Counted from the first letter of the stretch, positions 36,651 to 46,770 are shown. The stretch: DNA of 64,000 nucleotides from Longimicrobiales bacterium (GCA_963664435.2 CAXXKM010000002.1:896001-960000); one strand, 5' to 3'. Translations and numbers: made by a program. Notes: generated from the sequence alone by a model not told the origin.

Positions 36651-39600
36651 CTAGGGTTCGCCCTCGTCCGCGCCTTCCCCGGTGCGCTCCGAGAGCACCA
36701 TGATGGCGCGCACCGCCACCGCCAGCCCGGACAGCGTGAGGGTGGTCTCGGCGCGTAACTCGGTGAGCAGTTCGCCGAAGTAGGCCACCTCCCGGCTGCG
36801 CAACGCGGTCAGGACATGCGCCACGCCGCCGGCCTGCGCGTCCCGCCCGGCCGCCGCAGCCGCCGAGAAGTTGGCGATCCGGTGGTGCGCACGCGTCAGG
36901 TCGTCGTTCAGCGCCCGCGCGGCGCGCTGCTCCCAGCGCTCGTCCCGCGCGCACTCGTCGATCGCCTGGCGGAGCCATGGGATCTCCAGCAGCTCCGACA
37001 CCGCGTAATAGGCCCGCGCCGCGTACACCGGCGCGGTCCCGGTGTCGCGGGCCACGCGCAGGATGTCCATGAGCTGGTCCAGGAAGCGCAGTGTGGCCAG
37101 CGCGGGCGCGATATCCGCCCCCGGCCCGACCTCCTGAATCGCCGACACCAGGCGCTCGAAGGTCAGCCGGTCCTCCCCGCTCACCACATCGGGGAAGATG
37201 CGCTGCAGCTCGCGCAGGGTTCCGAAGTTCCCGCCGACCAGGCTGTCGATTTCCTCGCGCCCGGCATTGCCCAGCACCCATCGGGTCGTGCGGTCCAGCA
37301 CCCGGCCGAGCCCCACGTACCAGCGGTGCGCGACCATCGTCCCGGCCTCGTGCTCCTGCTCCCGCAGGTCCGCGAGGAGCTGCCGGTGTCCCGAGAGCCG
37401 GGAAGCCACCAGCCAGGCCCGCGCCACCTCGTCCGCGGAAGCGCCCGAGTCCCGCATCATGCGATGCACGAATCCGGCGCCCATCAGGTCCACCAGGTCA
37501 TTGGTGAGCTGGCTGGCGACGATTTCGCGCCCCAGCCGGTGCGCAGCCAACCCGGATTCCCCCGCGACGTTCAGGGCCGCCCGCGGGAAATAGCGCGCCA
37601 GGTAGCCGCTCGCGACCGGGTCGTCGATGAGCGTCCCCTTGAGCAGGCGGCGCATCAGGTGGAGCTTGGCGTGGGCGAGCAGCACGCACAGCTCCGGCCG
37701 GGTCAGGCGGGAGCCGGTCCCGTCGCGTTCGAGCAGCTGCTCCCAGGTGGGCAGATCCTCGCGGGAACGGTCGAAGAAGCCGTCCCTCTCCAGCTCCGAG
37801 ATGAGCTGGCGAAAGTCGTCGACCCCCTCGCGGGCCCGCTCCAGGTCGAGCGACACCGCCAGGCTTTGCGAGGCGTTGTCGAGAAGCACCAGCTCGGAGA
37901 CGGTATCCGCCAGGTCGCGCAGCATGCGGTTGCGCTCCGCCACGGCCATGCGCCCCTCCTCCACCACCGCGTTGAGCAGGATCTTGAGGTTGACCTCGCG
38001 GTCGGACAGCGAAACGCCCCCCGAATTGTCGAGCGCGTCCACGTTCAGCCGTCCGCCGGCCAGCGCGAACTCGATGCGCGCCCTCTGCGTGAGCCCGAGA
38101 TTGCCGCCCTCGCCCACCACCTTGAAGCGAAGCTCGCTCGCGTCCACCCGCACCGGGATGTTGGAGGGGTCGGCGACGTCCGCGTGCGTCTCGTCCGACC
38201 CCTTCACGTAGGTGCCGATTCCCCCGTTCCAGAACAGCTCGGCCTCGGCCTGGAGCACGAGCCGGACCAGCTCCTCGCCGCTCACCTTTCCGGGATCTCC
38301 GGAAACGCCCAGGGCGCTACGCGCCTCCGGAGAGAGTTCGACCTCCTTCGAACCGCGCCGCACGACGATGCCGCCGGGGCTCATCACGCCGGCGTCGTAA
38401 TCCGCCCACGAGGAGCCGGGCTTGTGGAACAGCCTCTCCCTCTCCTCGAAGGATGTGCGCGGATCGGGATCGGGATCGATGAAGATGTGGCGGTGGTCGA
38501 AGGCCGCGATCAGCCTGATGCATGGCGACAGCAGCATGCCGTTGCCGAACACGTCGCCGCTCATGTCGCCGATGCCGACGACGGTGAACGGCTCCGACTG
38601 AATGTCCTTGCCCATCTCGCGGAAGTGACGCTTGACGCACTCCCACGCGCCGCGCGCGGTAATCGCCAGCTCCTTGTGGTCGTATCCGTTCGAGCCCCCG
38701 GAGGCGAAGGCGTCGCCCAGCCAGAAGCCGTAGTCGTCCGCCACCGCGTTCGCGACATCGGAGAAGCTCGCGGTGCCCTTGTCGGCCGCCACCACCAGGT
38801 ATGGGTCGGGGTCGTCGTAGCTGACCACGCCGTCGGGCGGGACCGGTTCGCCCTGGCCGAGGTTGTCGGTGAGGTCGAGGAGCCCCCGCATCAGCGTGCG
38901 GTACTGCCGTTCCACCTCGCTGTGGATCGCGACCGAAAGCGACGGCTGGTCGAGGATGACGAAGCCGCCCTTGGAGCCGGCGGGGACGATCACCGAGTTC
39001 TTGACGATCTGCGTTTCCGCGAGCCCCAGCACCTCGGTGCGGAAGTCGTCCGGGCGGTCGCTGTAGCGGATGCCGCCCCGGGCGACACGCGCCCCTCTCA
39101 GGTGCACCCCCTCCATCCGGGCCGAGCGCACCCACGCCTCGCAGAGCAGGGAGGTCCGGGTCAGCGACGTCATTGCGCGCGCCATCACCTTGAACGACAT
39201 GTACGGGACACCGCCCGACCGCCGCGTCGGCGTGCGGCCTCCGGTCGCGTAGTAGTTGGTGCGCACCGTGGCGGCGAGCAGCGTCAACAGGTGGCGCAGG
39301 GCACGGTCGTCGCTCAGCAGATAGACGTCGTCCAGGGCGGCGAGCAGCTTCGCGCGCATCGCTTCCATGTCGGCCTCCCGGCGCGCGCGCGCCCGTTCCC
39401 CGGGCTGGAAGCGGGTCGCGAAGAAGGCGAAGAGCAGCCGGGCGATGCGGGGATAGTTGAGCAGCGCGTCGACGATGGAATCCCTGCTCGGCACCGCGCC
39501 GAGCTGGAAGGCGTAGCTGGAGTAGGCGCGCAGCACTTCGACTTCCCGCCAGGCCAGGCCGGCGGCCGGCACCAGGGCGTTGAGCCGGTCATTGGTGGCG

Positions 39601-41576
39601 TCGCCGGCGCTCACCGCCAGGATGGCGTCCACCAGGGGAGGGCCGGCCTCCCCGAGGTCGAGCGGCGATTTCCCGGCGGTCTGGACGGCGAAGGTGTGGA
39701 CCGCCCCTTCGGGCACGCCGGATCCCCTGAGCTGGGCCGGTTTCTCCGCGATCACCCGCAGTCCCGCGTTCTCGAGCGTGGGCATGAAGTGCGACAGAAC
39801 CAGGCGGGGGCCGAGCCGGTAGAGTCGCAGCTCGGTCACCCGGTCACCCGGCGCCACGGCGCTTTGCTCCGGGTTGGAAAGGGCGATGGACAGGTTGCGC
39901 CCGTCGGCAACCATCGCCTCGAGCTGCAGGATGTCCCGGGCGGCTGCGTCGGGGTCCGCGACGGCCCGGTAGTCCGCGCCGAAGCCGGTGGCGTAGCGGC
40001 GGGCGAGGCGACGCGCCTCGTTGCGCGGCCTGACCTGCCCCAGCTCGTCGGCCACCCGATCGGTCCAGTCGCGCGTGAGCTCCTGCACGAGCCGCTTGAG
40101 CTCCAGGTCGGTGACGACGTCCAGCAGCTCGGGACGCACCCTCAGGTAGAAGTGGAGCCGGGCCTGCTCTCCGCCGCCCATCGCCAGGTGATAGTTGAGG
40201 ACCTCGCCGTCGAGGACGTCGACGAACGCGGACTCGATCGCCTTGCGCGCCTTGGCGGAGAACTTCTCGCGCGGGATGATGACCATGAACGAGGCGCCCC
40301 GGCGGAGCGGGTCCTCCCGGCGGGTCACCTGAACCCCGGTGGTGTGGTACGACGTCAGCGCCGTTCTGATGTCCTTGGCGATTTCCCGTTCCGAACCGAG
40401 GAAGAGCTCCTCCTTCGGCATCGAGTTGAAGATCGTGTTGATCTCCTTGTAGTCGTGCGCCCCCTCCTGGGCGCCGGCGTCCTCCAGAATGCTGCGCAGC
40501 TTCTGGCGCAGGATGGGGATCCGGTCCGCGTGGTCGCCGTACGCCTTCGAGGTGAAGAGCCCCAGAAAGCGCTCCTCTCCCACTTGCCGCCCCTCGGGAT
40601 CCAGCTTCTTGACGCCGATGTAGTCCATGTGCGCCAGCCGGTGCACGGTGGAACAGGCGTTGGTCTTGCCGATGAGCAGCAGGGGACCGTCGGCGAGCAG
40701 CTGCCGCAGGGTGTCGGGCATGGAAGCCAGGGGGACCGGGTTCAGGTAGCCCGAACGCTCTTCCTCGCGCAGGATGCCGAGTCCGGAACCGCGCTCCACC
40801 ATCACGAAGGGCTCGCCGGTGCCGGGGTCGTCGGCGATGTCGTAGCGCCGGTGCCCCAGGAAGACGAAGCCGTCGTCGCGCAGCCACGCGAGAAAGGCCC
40901 GGATCTCGTCGAGCCGGTCCCCGAGCAGGGGCAGCTCGCGGGATCGCGTCTCGAGGCGCCGCATCGTGTCGTCCAGCGCAGCCAGCATGGGCCGGAAGTC
41001 GTCGGTGGCGCGCACCACGTCCTCGAGGCGGTGCTCCAGTTCCTCCTGAAGCGACTCGATGACGGCGGGATCCGTCACGCGCGAGATTTCGCAGTGGATG
41101 AGGGATTCCCGCGCCTCCGCGTCGCCGGGCGGTACGATGCGCAGGATGCGGTCGTCGTGACGCACGATGCCCAGCAGTGGGTAGATGAAGTGCTCGATGG
41201 TCAGATCGCGCGAGTGCAGATACTCGCGGATCGAGTCCACGATGAAGGGGCGCTCGCCCACGTTGGTGCGGATCACGGTCACGGGAGCCCGCCGCCCTTC
41301 CGGCTCCGCGGCGGGGTTGAAGACGCGCACGTCCACCCGGTCCGGGCGGCTCTCCCGGAGGAACGCGAAGGCGTCCGCGGTCGCCCGCGCGAGCTCCACC
41401 GGGCTCCGCTCGCGGAGATAGTGGGCGGGCGCCCGGGCGAGGAAGAGCGCCGCGAAATCCGCCGCGAGCTCGGCGTCCCCGTGGGGGAGGACGCGCTTCA
41501 GGCGGCTGCGGACATCGTCGATGACGGCGGATGTGTTCCGCGCGCGCGACAGGACTTCGGTATCGGTGTGGTTCAT
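36651..41576 (-). CDS. Large NAD-specific glutamate dehydrogenase
   Basis: VARGGIRYSDR, KNSVIVPAGSKGGF, DPYLVVAADKGTASFSD, GIGDMSGDVFGNG. Confidence 0.95.
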   Translation of the reverse strand: MNHTDTEVLSRARNTSAVIDDVRSRLKRVLPHGDAELAADFAALFLARAPAHYLRERSPVELARATADAFAFLRESRPDRVDVRVFNPAAEPEGRRAPVTVIRTNVGERPFIVDSIREYLHSRDLTIEHFIYPLLGIVRHDDRILRIVPPGDAEARESLIHCEISRVTDPAVIESLQEELEHRLEDVVRATDDFRPMLAALDDTMRRLETRSRELPLLGDRLDEIRAFLAWLRDDGFVFLGHRRYDIADDPGTGEPFVMVERGSGLGILREEERSGYLNPVPLASMPDTLRQLLADGPLLLIGKTNACSTVHRLAHMDYIGVKKLDPEGRQVGEERFLGLFTSKAYGDHADRIPILRQKLRSILEDAGAQEGAHDYKEINTIFNSMPKEELFLGSEREIAKDIRTALTSYHTTGVQVTRREDPLRRGASFMVIIPREKFSAKARKAIESAFVDVLDGEVLNYHLAMGGGEQARLHFYLRVRPELLDVVTDLELKRLVQELTRDWTDRVADELGQVRPRNEARRLARRYATGFGADYRAVADPDAAARDILQLEAMVADGRNLSIALSNPEQSAVAPGDRVTELRLYRLGPRLVLSHFMPTLENAGLRVIAEKPAQLRGSGVPEGAVHTFAVQTAGKSPLDLGEAGPPLVDAILAVSAGDATNDRLNALVPAAGLAWREVEVLRAYSSYAFQLGAVPSRDSIVDALLNYPRIARLLFAFFATRFQPGERARARREADMEAMRAKLLAALDDVYLLSDDRALRHLLTLLAATVRTNYYATGGRTPTRRSGGVPYMSFKVMARAMTSLTRTSLLCEAWVRSARMEGVHLRGARVARGGIRYSDRPDDFRTEVLGLAETQIVKNSVIVPAGSKGGFVILDQPSLSVAIHSEVERQYRTLMRGLLDLTDNLGQGEPVPPDGVVSYDDPDPYLVVAADKGTASFSDVANAVADDYGFWLGDAFASGGSNGYDHKELAITARGAWECVKRHFREMGKDIQSEPFTVVGIGDMSGDVFGNGMLLSPCIRLIAAFDHRHIFIDPDPDPRTSFEERERLFHKPGSSWADYDAGVMSPGGIVVRRGSKEVELSPEARSALGVSGDPGKVSGEELVRLVLQAEAELFWNGGIGTYVKGSDETHADVADPSNIPVRVDASELRFKVVGEGGNLGLTQRARIEFALAGGRLNVDALDNSGGVSLSDREVNLKILLNAVVEEGRMAVAERNRMLRDLADTVSELVLLDNASQSLAVSLDLERAREGVDDFRQLISELERDGFFDRSREDLPTWEQLLERDGTGSRLTRPELCVLLAHAKLHLMRRLLKGTLIDDPVASGYLARYFPRAALNVAGESGLAAHRLGREIVASQLTNDLVDLMGAGFVHRMMRDSGASADEVARAWLVASRLSGHRQLLADLREQEHEAGTMVAHRWYVGLGRVLDRTTRWVLGNAGREEIDSLVGGNFGTLRELQRIFPDVVSGEDRLTFERLVSAIQEVGPGADIAPALATLRFLDQLMDILRVARDTGTAPVYAARAYYAVSELLEIPWLRQAIDECARDERWEQRAARALNDDLTRAHHRIANFSAAAAAGRDAQAGGVAHVLTALRSREVAYFGELLTELRAETTLTLSGLAVAVRAIMVLSERTGEGADEGEP

Positions 41577-42307
41577 CTGTATCGTCTCACGGACATCAGT
41601 CTCTCGCGGGCGAGAGTGTAGAACATCTTGCCGCCGGCCTTGAGGGAACCGCTCAGCGTGCCGCTGATCTTGGAAACACCCCCTGTCCGGCGAGTGTACG
41701 GGACGTCGATCTCGACGATGCGCTGGCGGAGGCGGCCGGCGCGGATCTGCATCTGCAGGGTCCAGCCCCAGTCGCGGTCATCCATGTGCAGCTCGCACAG
41801 GCGATCGTAGCGGATGGCGCGGAAGGGGGGCATGTCGCGGAAGCGAAGGCCGAAGAGGAGGCGCGCGCACGTGAGCACGACCCGGTTGCCCATGCGCGCG
41901 TGCAGCGGCACGCCGGGCGGGTCGCCGGTGCGCACGCCCAGCACCATGTCGGCGGCGCCCGAGCGGATGGGTTCGATCAGCCGGGCCAGCCCGGTGGGAT
42001 CGTCGCTCCCGTCCGCGTCGAGGAACACCACGATGGCCGGCGGCCGCCGGGCCAGGTGCCGCATGCCGGCCAGGCACGCGGAACCGTATCCCAGGCGCGG
42101 CTCGGCCACCACGACCGCCCCCAGATCGCGCGCGATCCGGGGGGTGGCGTCCCGCGAGCCATTGTCCGCGACCACGATTTCGTCCACCAGGCCGGCCGGC
42201 AGCGCGCCGATTACGGACCCGATGGTCGGTGCCTCGTCGAGGGCGGGGATGAGCACCGCCACGGCGCCGGTGACGGAGGGTGCCCGGGGTTGTGGTGAAG
42301 GAGTCAT
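41573..42307 (-). CDS. Glycosyltransferase family 2 (polyprenol-phosphate sugar synthase-like)
   Basis: IPALDE, ADNGSRD, GYGSAC, FLDADGSD, SKISGT. Confidence 0.9.
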   Translation of the reverse strand: MTPSPQPRAPSVTGAVAVLIPALDEAPTIGSVIGALPAGLVDEIVVADNGSRDATPRIARDLGAVVVAEPRLGYGSACLAGMRHLARRPPAIVVFLDADGSDDPTGLARLIEPIRSGAADMVLGVRTGDPPGVPLHARMGNRVVLTCARLLFGLRFRDMPPFRAIRYDRLCELHMDDRDWGWTLQMQIRAGRLRQRIVEIDVPYTRRTGGVSKISGTLSGSLKAGGKMFYTLARERLMSVRRYR

Positions 42308-42337
42308 GGCGGGCGGGCGCTCAGGAGGGCGGGAACG

Positions 42338-43777
42338 GTGAGCTGGCTCCGCGGCGCCCGCGCGCGCCCGCTGATCGTCCTCGGCCTCCTGGAACTTCTT
42401 TTTCTTGCGGCTTCGGGCTGGTGGCCCGAAGCCGGGGTTCCGTTTCCACGCCTCGCGCTCCTTGCAGGTGCGTTCGCCGTCTACTGGTGGGCGGCGCGCG
42501 CCGCGTTCGACGGGCGCGCCGACACCCGCCTCATCTGGGGCTTCGCCATCCTCTTCCGGGTGGTTCTACTCCCCTGCGTTCCGTTTCTGTCCGACGACAT
42601 CTACCGCTACCTCTGGGACGGACACGTGCAGCTGGCGGGCATCAACCCCTACCTGTACCCCCCGGATGCGCCGGAGCTGGAATCCATTCGCACCGCCTGG
42701 CACGCGCGCATCAACAATCCCTCCATCTCCACCATCTACCCGCCCTTCGCCCAGGTGGTCTTCGCGGCGGGCGCGCTCGCCGGCGGGTCGGTGCTCGCAC
42801 TCAAGGCACTGTGGACGCTTGCCGACCTGGCGGCCTGTCTGCTGCTGGCGAAGGTGGCCCGCCGGACGGGCCGCTCCGTGGCTGGTACCCTCGTCCTGTT
42901 TGCGTGGTCGCCGCTGCTGGTGGTCGAGACCGCCTGGAGCGGACACTTCGAGTCACTCGGGATCCTTCTCCTCGTGCTCCTGGTCTTCCTCGCCCTGCCC
43001 GCCCGCGGGACCGGGTCCGCCGCCGACGCCCCGGACGCGCCCGACACCGCTCGCGTTTCCGGCGACGCCGATGCCGGCTCCTCCGGCGCGGGTTTCGCAT
43101 CGAGGTCCTGGGTGCCCTGGGCGATGGGGGCCGTGCTGGCCCTCGCGACCCTGACCAAGTTCGCGCCGATCGCCGTGCTGCCGGCGCTCATCCGCCGCCA
43201 CGGACTCCGCCTGCTCGCTGCGTGCGTGGCGGTGCTGGTCCTCTTCCATCTTCCCTATGCCGAGGCGGGGTCCGCGCTCTGGGCCGGCCTCGCCACCTAT
43301 GCGCAACACTGGCGCGCGTACGAGGGGGCGTTCGCCGTCATCGAAGCCGTTCTGCCGGGGCCGATGGCGCCGCGCTACCTGTCCGGGGCGCTCGTGCTCG
43401 CGGTCGTCGCCTGGGCGATGGTGCGCAACTTCGACGCCGAGCGGGCTCTCTTCTGGATTCTCGGGGCGGGGCTGCTGCTCTCGCCGACCTTCCATCCATG
43501 GTACGCGCTCTGGATCCTGCCCTTCGCGGCCCTGCGCCGGAACCGCGCCTGGATCCTGCTAAGCGGCCTCGCATTCGTCACGTACCGGGGTTTGGGGCCG
43601 TACCTGGAGATCGGGGAGTGGCCGAGGCCCCTGTGGACGGTTCTCCTCCTCTGGCTTCCCTTCTATGCCCTGCTGGTGTGGGACGCGCGCCTTCCCTCCC
43701 GAAAGCTTCAGGCCGCCGACCCCCAGGCTCCAGTAGCCCAGGGCGAAGAGCAGCAGGAACGGGACGGAAGCGTATAG
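42338..43777 (+). CDS. Polytopic GT-C fold glycosyltransferase (GT87/mannosyltransferase-like)
   Basis: LSDDIYRYLWDG, INPY, TIYPP, HPWY; many TM segments. Confidence 0.8.
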   Translation: MSWLRGARARPLIVLGLLELLFLAASGWWPEAGVPFPRLALLAGAFAVYWWAARAAFDGRADTRLIWGFAILFRVVLLPCVPFLSDDIYRYLWDGHVQLAGINPYLYPPDAPELESIRTAWHARINNPSISTIYPPFAQVVFAAGALAGGSVLALKALWTLADLAACLLLAKVARRTGRSVAGTLVLFAWSPLLVVETAWSGHFESLGILLLVLLVFLALPARGTGSAADAPDAPDTARVSGDADAGSSGAGFASRSWVPWAMGAVLALATLTKFAPIAVLPALIRRHGLRLLAACVAVLVLFHLPYAEAGSALWAGLATYAQHWRAYEGAFAVIEAVLPGPMAPRYLSGALVLAVVAWAMVRNFDAERALFWILGAGLLLSPTFHPWYALWILPFAALRRNRAWILLSGLAFVTYRGLGPYLEIGEWPRPLWTVLLLWLPFYALLVWDARLPSRKLQAADPQAPVAQGEEQQERDGSV

Positions 43778-45127
43778 TCGAGCCTGGATCGCGGCACCCA
43801 CGAAGAAGCTCATCACCAGCGCCATCATCAGCTTGAACAGGGTGTCCGGGGTCTTGCTTCCCGGACGCTCGCGAAACGACCCCCCGCTGCCCTTCTTGGG
43901 CGTTCGGGCGAAACCGTCCCGGCGTCCGGCCAGACCGCGCAGCACGGCACGCGTCGCCGGCGCCGTCAGCCCGACGCCCGTCGCCAGGGTCACGGCCACC
44001 GCGGGCAGCAGGTCACCCCAGGGACGGTTCCGCTTTCGGCCCGCGGCCGCGTAGTAGATGACGAAGGGGATGGTTGCCACGAAGAAGATGACCAGGTCGA
44101 TGAAGAGGAATTCCTCCCCGCTGAGCGCTCGCCGGGCCAGGGCGGATGGATAGATCAGGAGCCCGAGGAGCAGCGTGAGCGGGTAGGCGACGTGCCCGCA
44201 AAGATGGATCACGGCCTCCTTCTTCACGGAGAGGCGCCAGGGGCCTCGCAGCAGTTCCGGCAGGAGCTTGCGCGCCGTCTGAATCCCTCCCTGGGACCAC
44301 CGCCGCTGCTGGATCTCGAAGGCGCCGGTGTGGTCCGGCAACTCCGCGGGAACCCCGACGTCCTCGAGGAAGACGAAGCGCCATCCGTGCATCTGTGCCC
44401 GGTAGCTGACGTCGAGGTCCTCGGTGAGGGTGTCCGCCTGCCATCCGCCCGCGTCCTCGAGGCATTCACGGCGCCACATGCCGGCGGTGCCGTTGAAGTT
44501 GAAGAAGAGGCCGCCCCGGTAGCGTCCTCCGTGCTCGAAGAAGAAGTGCCCGTCGAGGAGGAGGCTCTGGGCGCGGGTGAGCCAGTTGGCGTCTTCGTTG
44601 AGATGATCCCAGCGGGCCTGCACCATCCCGACGCGGGGCTCCTGGAAGGGCGGCAGCAGCTTCCTGACCAGATCCGGCTCGGGCACGAAGTCCGAGTCCA
44701 GCACCAGCAGGAACTCGCCGTGGGCACGGCGCACGCCCGCGGCCAGGGCGCCCGCCTTGAAGCCCGAGCGCTGCCGGCGGCGGATGTGGCACACGTTGAC
44801 GCCCCGGGCCCGCCACCACGCCACCCGCCGGGCGACGAGGTCCACGGTTTCGTCGCTGGAGTCGTCCAGCACCTGGATCTCGAGGGCGCGGGCCGGATAG
44901 TCGAGCGAGCACGCGGCGTCGATCACCCGCCGGGCGACGGGGGCTTCATTGTACAGGGGGAGCTGGACGGTGACCGGCGGCAACGAGCCCGCCCACCTGA
45001 GCGGCAGCTCCGGGGGCGGCCGCCGGCTGAGCAGCAGCAGGTAGGTCCGGTGGGCGGCGAAGGGCAGCAGCAGGGCCAGAACGGCCAGCGAGAGGCCGAT
45101 GATCGTCTGCGCCAGCAGCTCAGGCAC
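43559..45127 (-). CDS. Processive GT2 (cellulose synthase-like/CslA-type)
   Basis: QLPLYNE, LDDSSD, FKAGAL, DSD, TED, QQRRW. Confidence 0.9.
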   Translation of the reverse strand: MPELLAQTIIGLSLAVLALLLPFAAHRTYLLLLSRRPPPELPLRWAGSLPPVTVQLPLYNEAPVARRVIDAACSLDYPARALEIQVLDDSSDETVDLVARRVAWWRARGVNVCHIRRRQRSGFKAGALAAGVRRAHGEFLLVLDSDFVPEPDLVRKLLPPFQEPRVGMVQARWDHLNEDANWLTRAQSLLLDGHFFFEHGGRYRGGLFFNFNGTAGMWRRECLEDAGGWQADTLTEDLDVSYRAQMHGWRFVFLEDVGVPAELPDHTGAFEIQQRRWSQGGIQTARKLLPELLRGPWRLSVKKEAVIHLCGHVAYPLTLLLGLLIYPSALARRALSGEEFLFIDLVIFFVATIPFVIYYAAAGRKRNRPWGDLLPAVAVTLATGVGLTAPATRAVLRGLAGRRDGFARTPKKGSGGSFRERPGSKTPDTLFKLMMALVMSFFVGAAIQARLYASVPFLLLFALGYWSLGVGGLKLSGGKARVPHQQGIEGKPEEENRPQGPRPLPDLQVRPQTPVRDECEAA

Positions 45128-45590
45128 GGGAGTGCTCTACGATGTCCGCGCTCCAGGTGATGTCGATGGCGTCGCGCAGGCTCGCGGCCGTGGGGCACTT
45201 GTCGACATGGCTGGCGAGGGCCCGGTCGGTGGGGGCGCGCGACCCTTCGGGGATCGAGAGCTGGTAGTGAACGTGAATGCGCTTGAGCACCGGCAGCCTG
45301 CCGGCCATCTCGTTGATTCCTTCCGCCCGGGCGCTGATCTGGTCCGGGGTGAGGCTGATCCCGCGCACCTCCAGTGCGCCGTTGAGTGTTCCGAGCAGTC
45401 ACCCGCCCGCGGCGGCGACCACGTAATCCACGGCGAGGGGCTGATCCGGTTCGGCGTCGAGCCGGTAGTGGCTCTTCACCGGCCCGTGAACGCCGAGTTC
45501 AACCGTGGTCCCCGCGGGGAGCCGACCGCGCCTGCGCGCACCGGCCACCTTCTCGAATTCCACTCTGGACACGTAGAACGGTTCGCTCAT
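45120..45590 (-). CDS. OsmC/Ohr-like protein, probable selenoprotein (in-frame UGA at 45399-45401)
   Basis: ORFs 45399..45590 and 45120..45368 share one frame: ..DYVVAAAGG-UGA-LLGTLNGALEVRG..VDKCPTAASL. The UGA sits at the first catalytic Cys position. Confidence 0.8.
45363..45379 (-). promoter_or_regulatory. Candidate bacterial SECIS hairpin
   Basis: GCGCAC-UGGAG-GUGCGC begins 19 nt after the UGA; G-containing apical loop. Confidence 0.6.
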
Positions 45591-45874
45591 TTCCGGTTCT
45601 CCCGGTTCGGTTTCGCTGTTGTGCTTCCGTCAGGTGGAGCCTGTCGCTCCCGGTCCTTCCCGTCGTCGCCCGCCTTTCCGGCCGCGGCCGGTTCGAATCC
45701 CGGGCAGCGCGCCACCGGAAGGCGCGGGTAGCGCCGGAAGCGCGCGTCGTCGGTCGAGCGTCGGCAGAGCCAGAAGATGGAGCCTCTCCGGTTCCCCGTC
45801 ACCCTGCTGTGCGCGCAGACCGAGCAGAGCCCCACCGAGGGGTCGGCGCGCAAGTCCTGCAAGGAACGGTCCAC
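45587..45874 (-). CDS. Small Cys-rich hypothetical protein (possible metal-binding)
   Basis: GLCSVCAH..GSIFWLC..RYPRLPVARC; GTG start overlaps the upstream TAG (TAGTG) and its stop overlaps the next ATG. Confidence 0.7.
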   Translation of the reverse strand: MDRSLQDLRADPSVGLCSVCAHSRVTGNRRGSIFWLCRRSTDDARFRRYPRLPVARCPGFEPAAAGKAGDDGKDRERQAPPDGSTTAKPNRENRK

Positions 45875-46770
45875 TAGTTCCGCTCCCGGCGGTGTTCGGG
45901 GGACCATTCCCCCCGTGAGGGGACGGAGTCGTCCGGGGCGATGCCCAGCACCGCGAGCTGGCGGCCGGCATCTCCGCCTCTGTGCGAGAAGAATGGCGCG
46001 TCCGCGCAGCGGGTGCAAAACGTCGAGGTCGTCAGGTGCGCGGGATCGGCGCCGGCGGCGAGGGCCCGGTGGACCAGCGCGCGGCGCAGATCGACCGGCT
46101 GGGCGGGGGAGGCCGGCCGCGGCAGCCCCAGCGCCTCGTGTACCTCCCGCCCCACTTCGTAGCAGCCCCCGCAGATGGCCGGCCCCATGTGCATGCGGGC
46201 CTCACGGGCATGGGTGCCGAAGTCCCGTTCCAGCATCGCAAGGCCCGCCTCCAGGATTCCGCTCGCCACCCCCCTCCATCCGGCGTGCAGCAGCATCACG
46301 GCGCGGGCGCCCGGGGCGACCACGAAGACGGGCACGCAGTCGGCCACTGAGACGGCGAGCAGCGTTCCGGGCCGGCGTGTGGCGTGCCCGTCGCAGGGCG
46401 GAGCGAGGAGAAGACCCGGCGGGGTCGCCTGGTGCCGGGCGATCTCGCACCCGTGCACCTGGCGGGCGTGAACCAGGCTGCCGCATCCGGCGTCCTCGAC
46501 CAGCAGTTCCCACCGCTTCATCACCGCGCCCGCCGGCGCACCGGTGAACAGCCCGAAGTCGATGTCTCCGCCTTCCCCGCTGTCGGCGCGCCCGGTTGGG
46601 CGTTCGGCGCGGCTGCGGCTGGCGGGGCTGCGTCCCGCGCGGTCGTGGCCGGTCTGCCCGACGTCGGCGCGGCTGCGGACCGTGGTCCCCTGAACGACCC
46701 ACGGAAGGGCGCGCGTCCACTCCGGGTGCACGCGCAGCGGGATCCGCCCGCGCCGAATCTCCTCCGTCAC
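45874..46770 (-). CDS. YfiH/PgeF-family protein (laccase domain); start approximate
   Basis: QVHG, CDG, ADCVPV, HAGWRG, GPAICGGCYEVG, FFSHR. Confidence 0.88.
   Translation of the reverse strand: MTEEIRRGRIPLRVHPEWTRALPWVVQGTTVRSRADVGQTGHDRAGRSPASRSRAERPTGRADSGEGGDIDFGLFTGAPAGAVMKRWELLVEDAGCGSLVHARQVHGCEIARHQATPPGLLLAPPCDGHATRRPGTLLAVSVADCVPVFVVAPGARAVMLLHAGWRGVASGILEAGLAMLERDFGTHAREARMHMGPAICGGCYEVGREVHEALGLPRPASPAQPVDLRRALVHRALAAGADPAHLTTSTFCTRCADAPFFSHRGGDAGRQLAVLGIAPDDSVPSRGEWSPEHRRERN

Noticed and set aside
36816..41621. 1601-aa plus-strand ORF
   Set aside because: Antisense shadow of the glutamate dehydrogenase, expected from high-GC codon bias.
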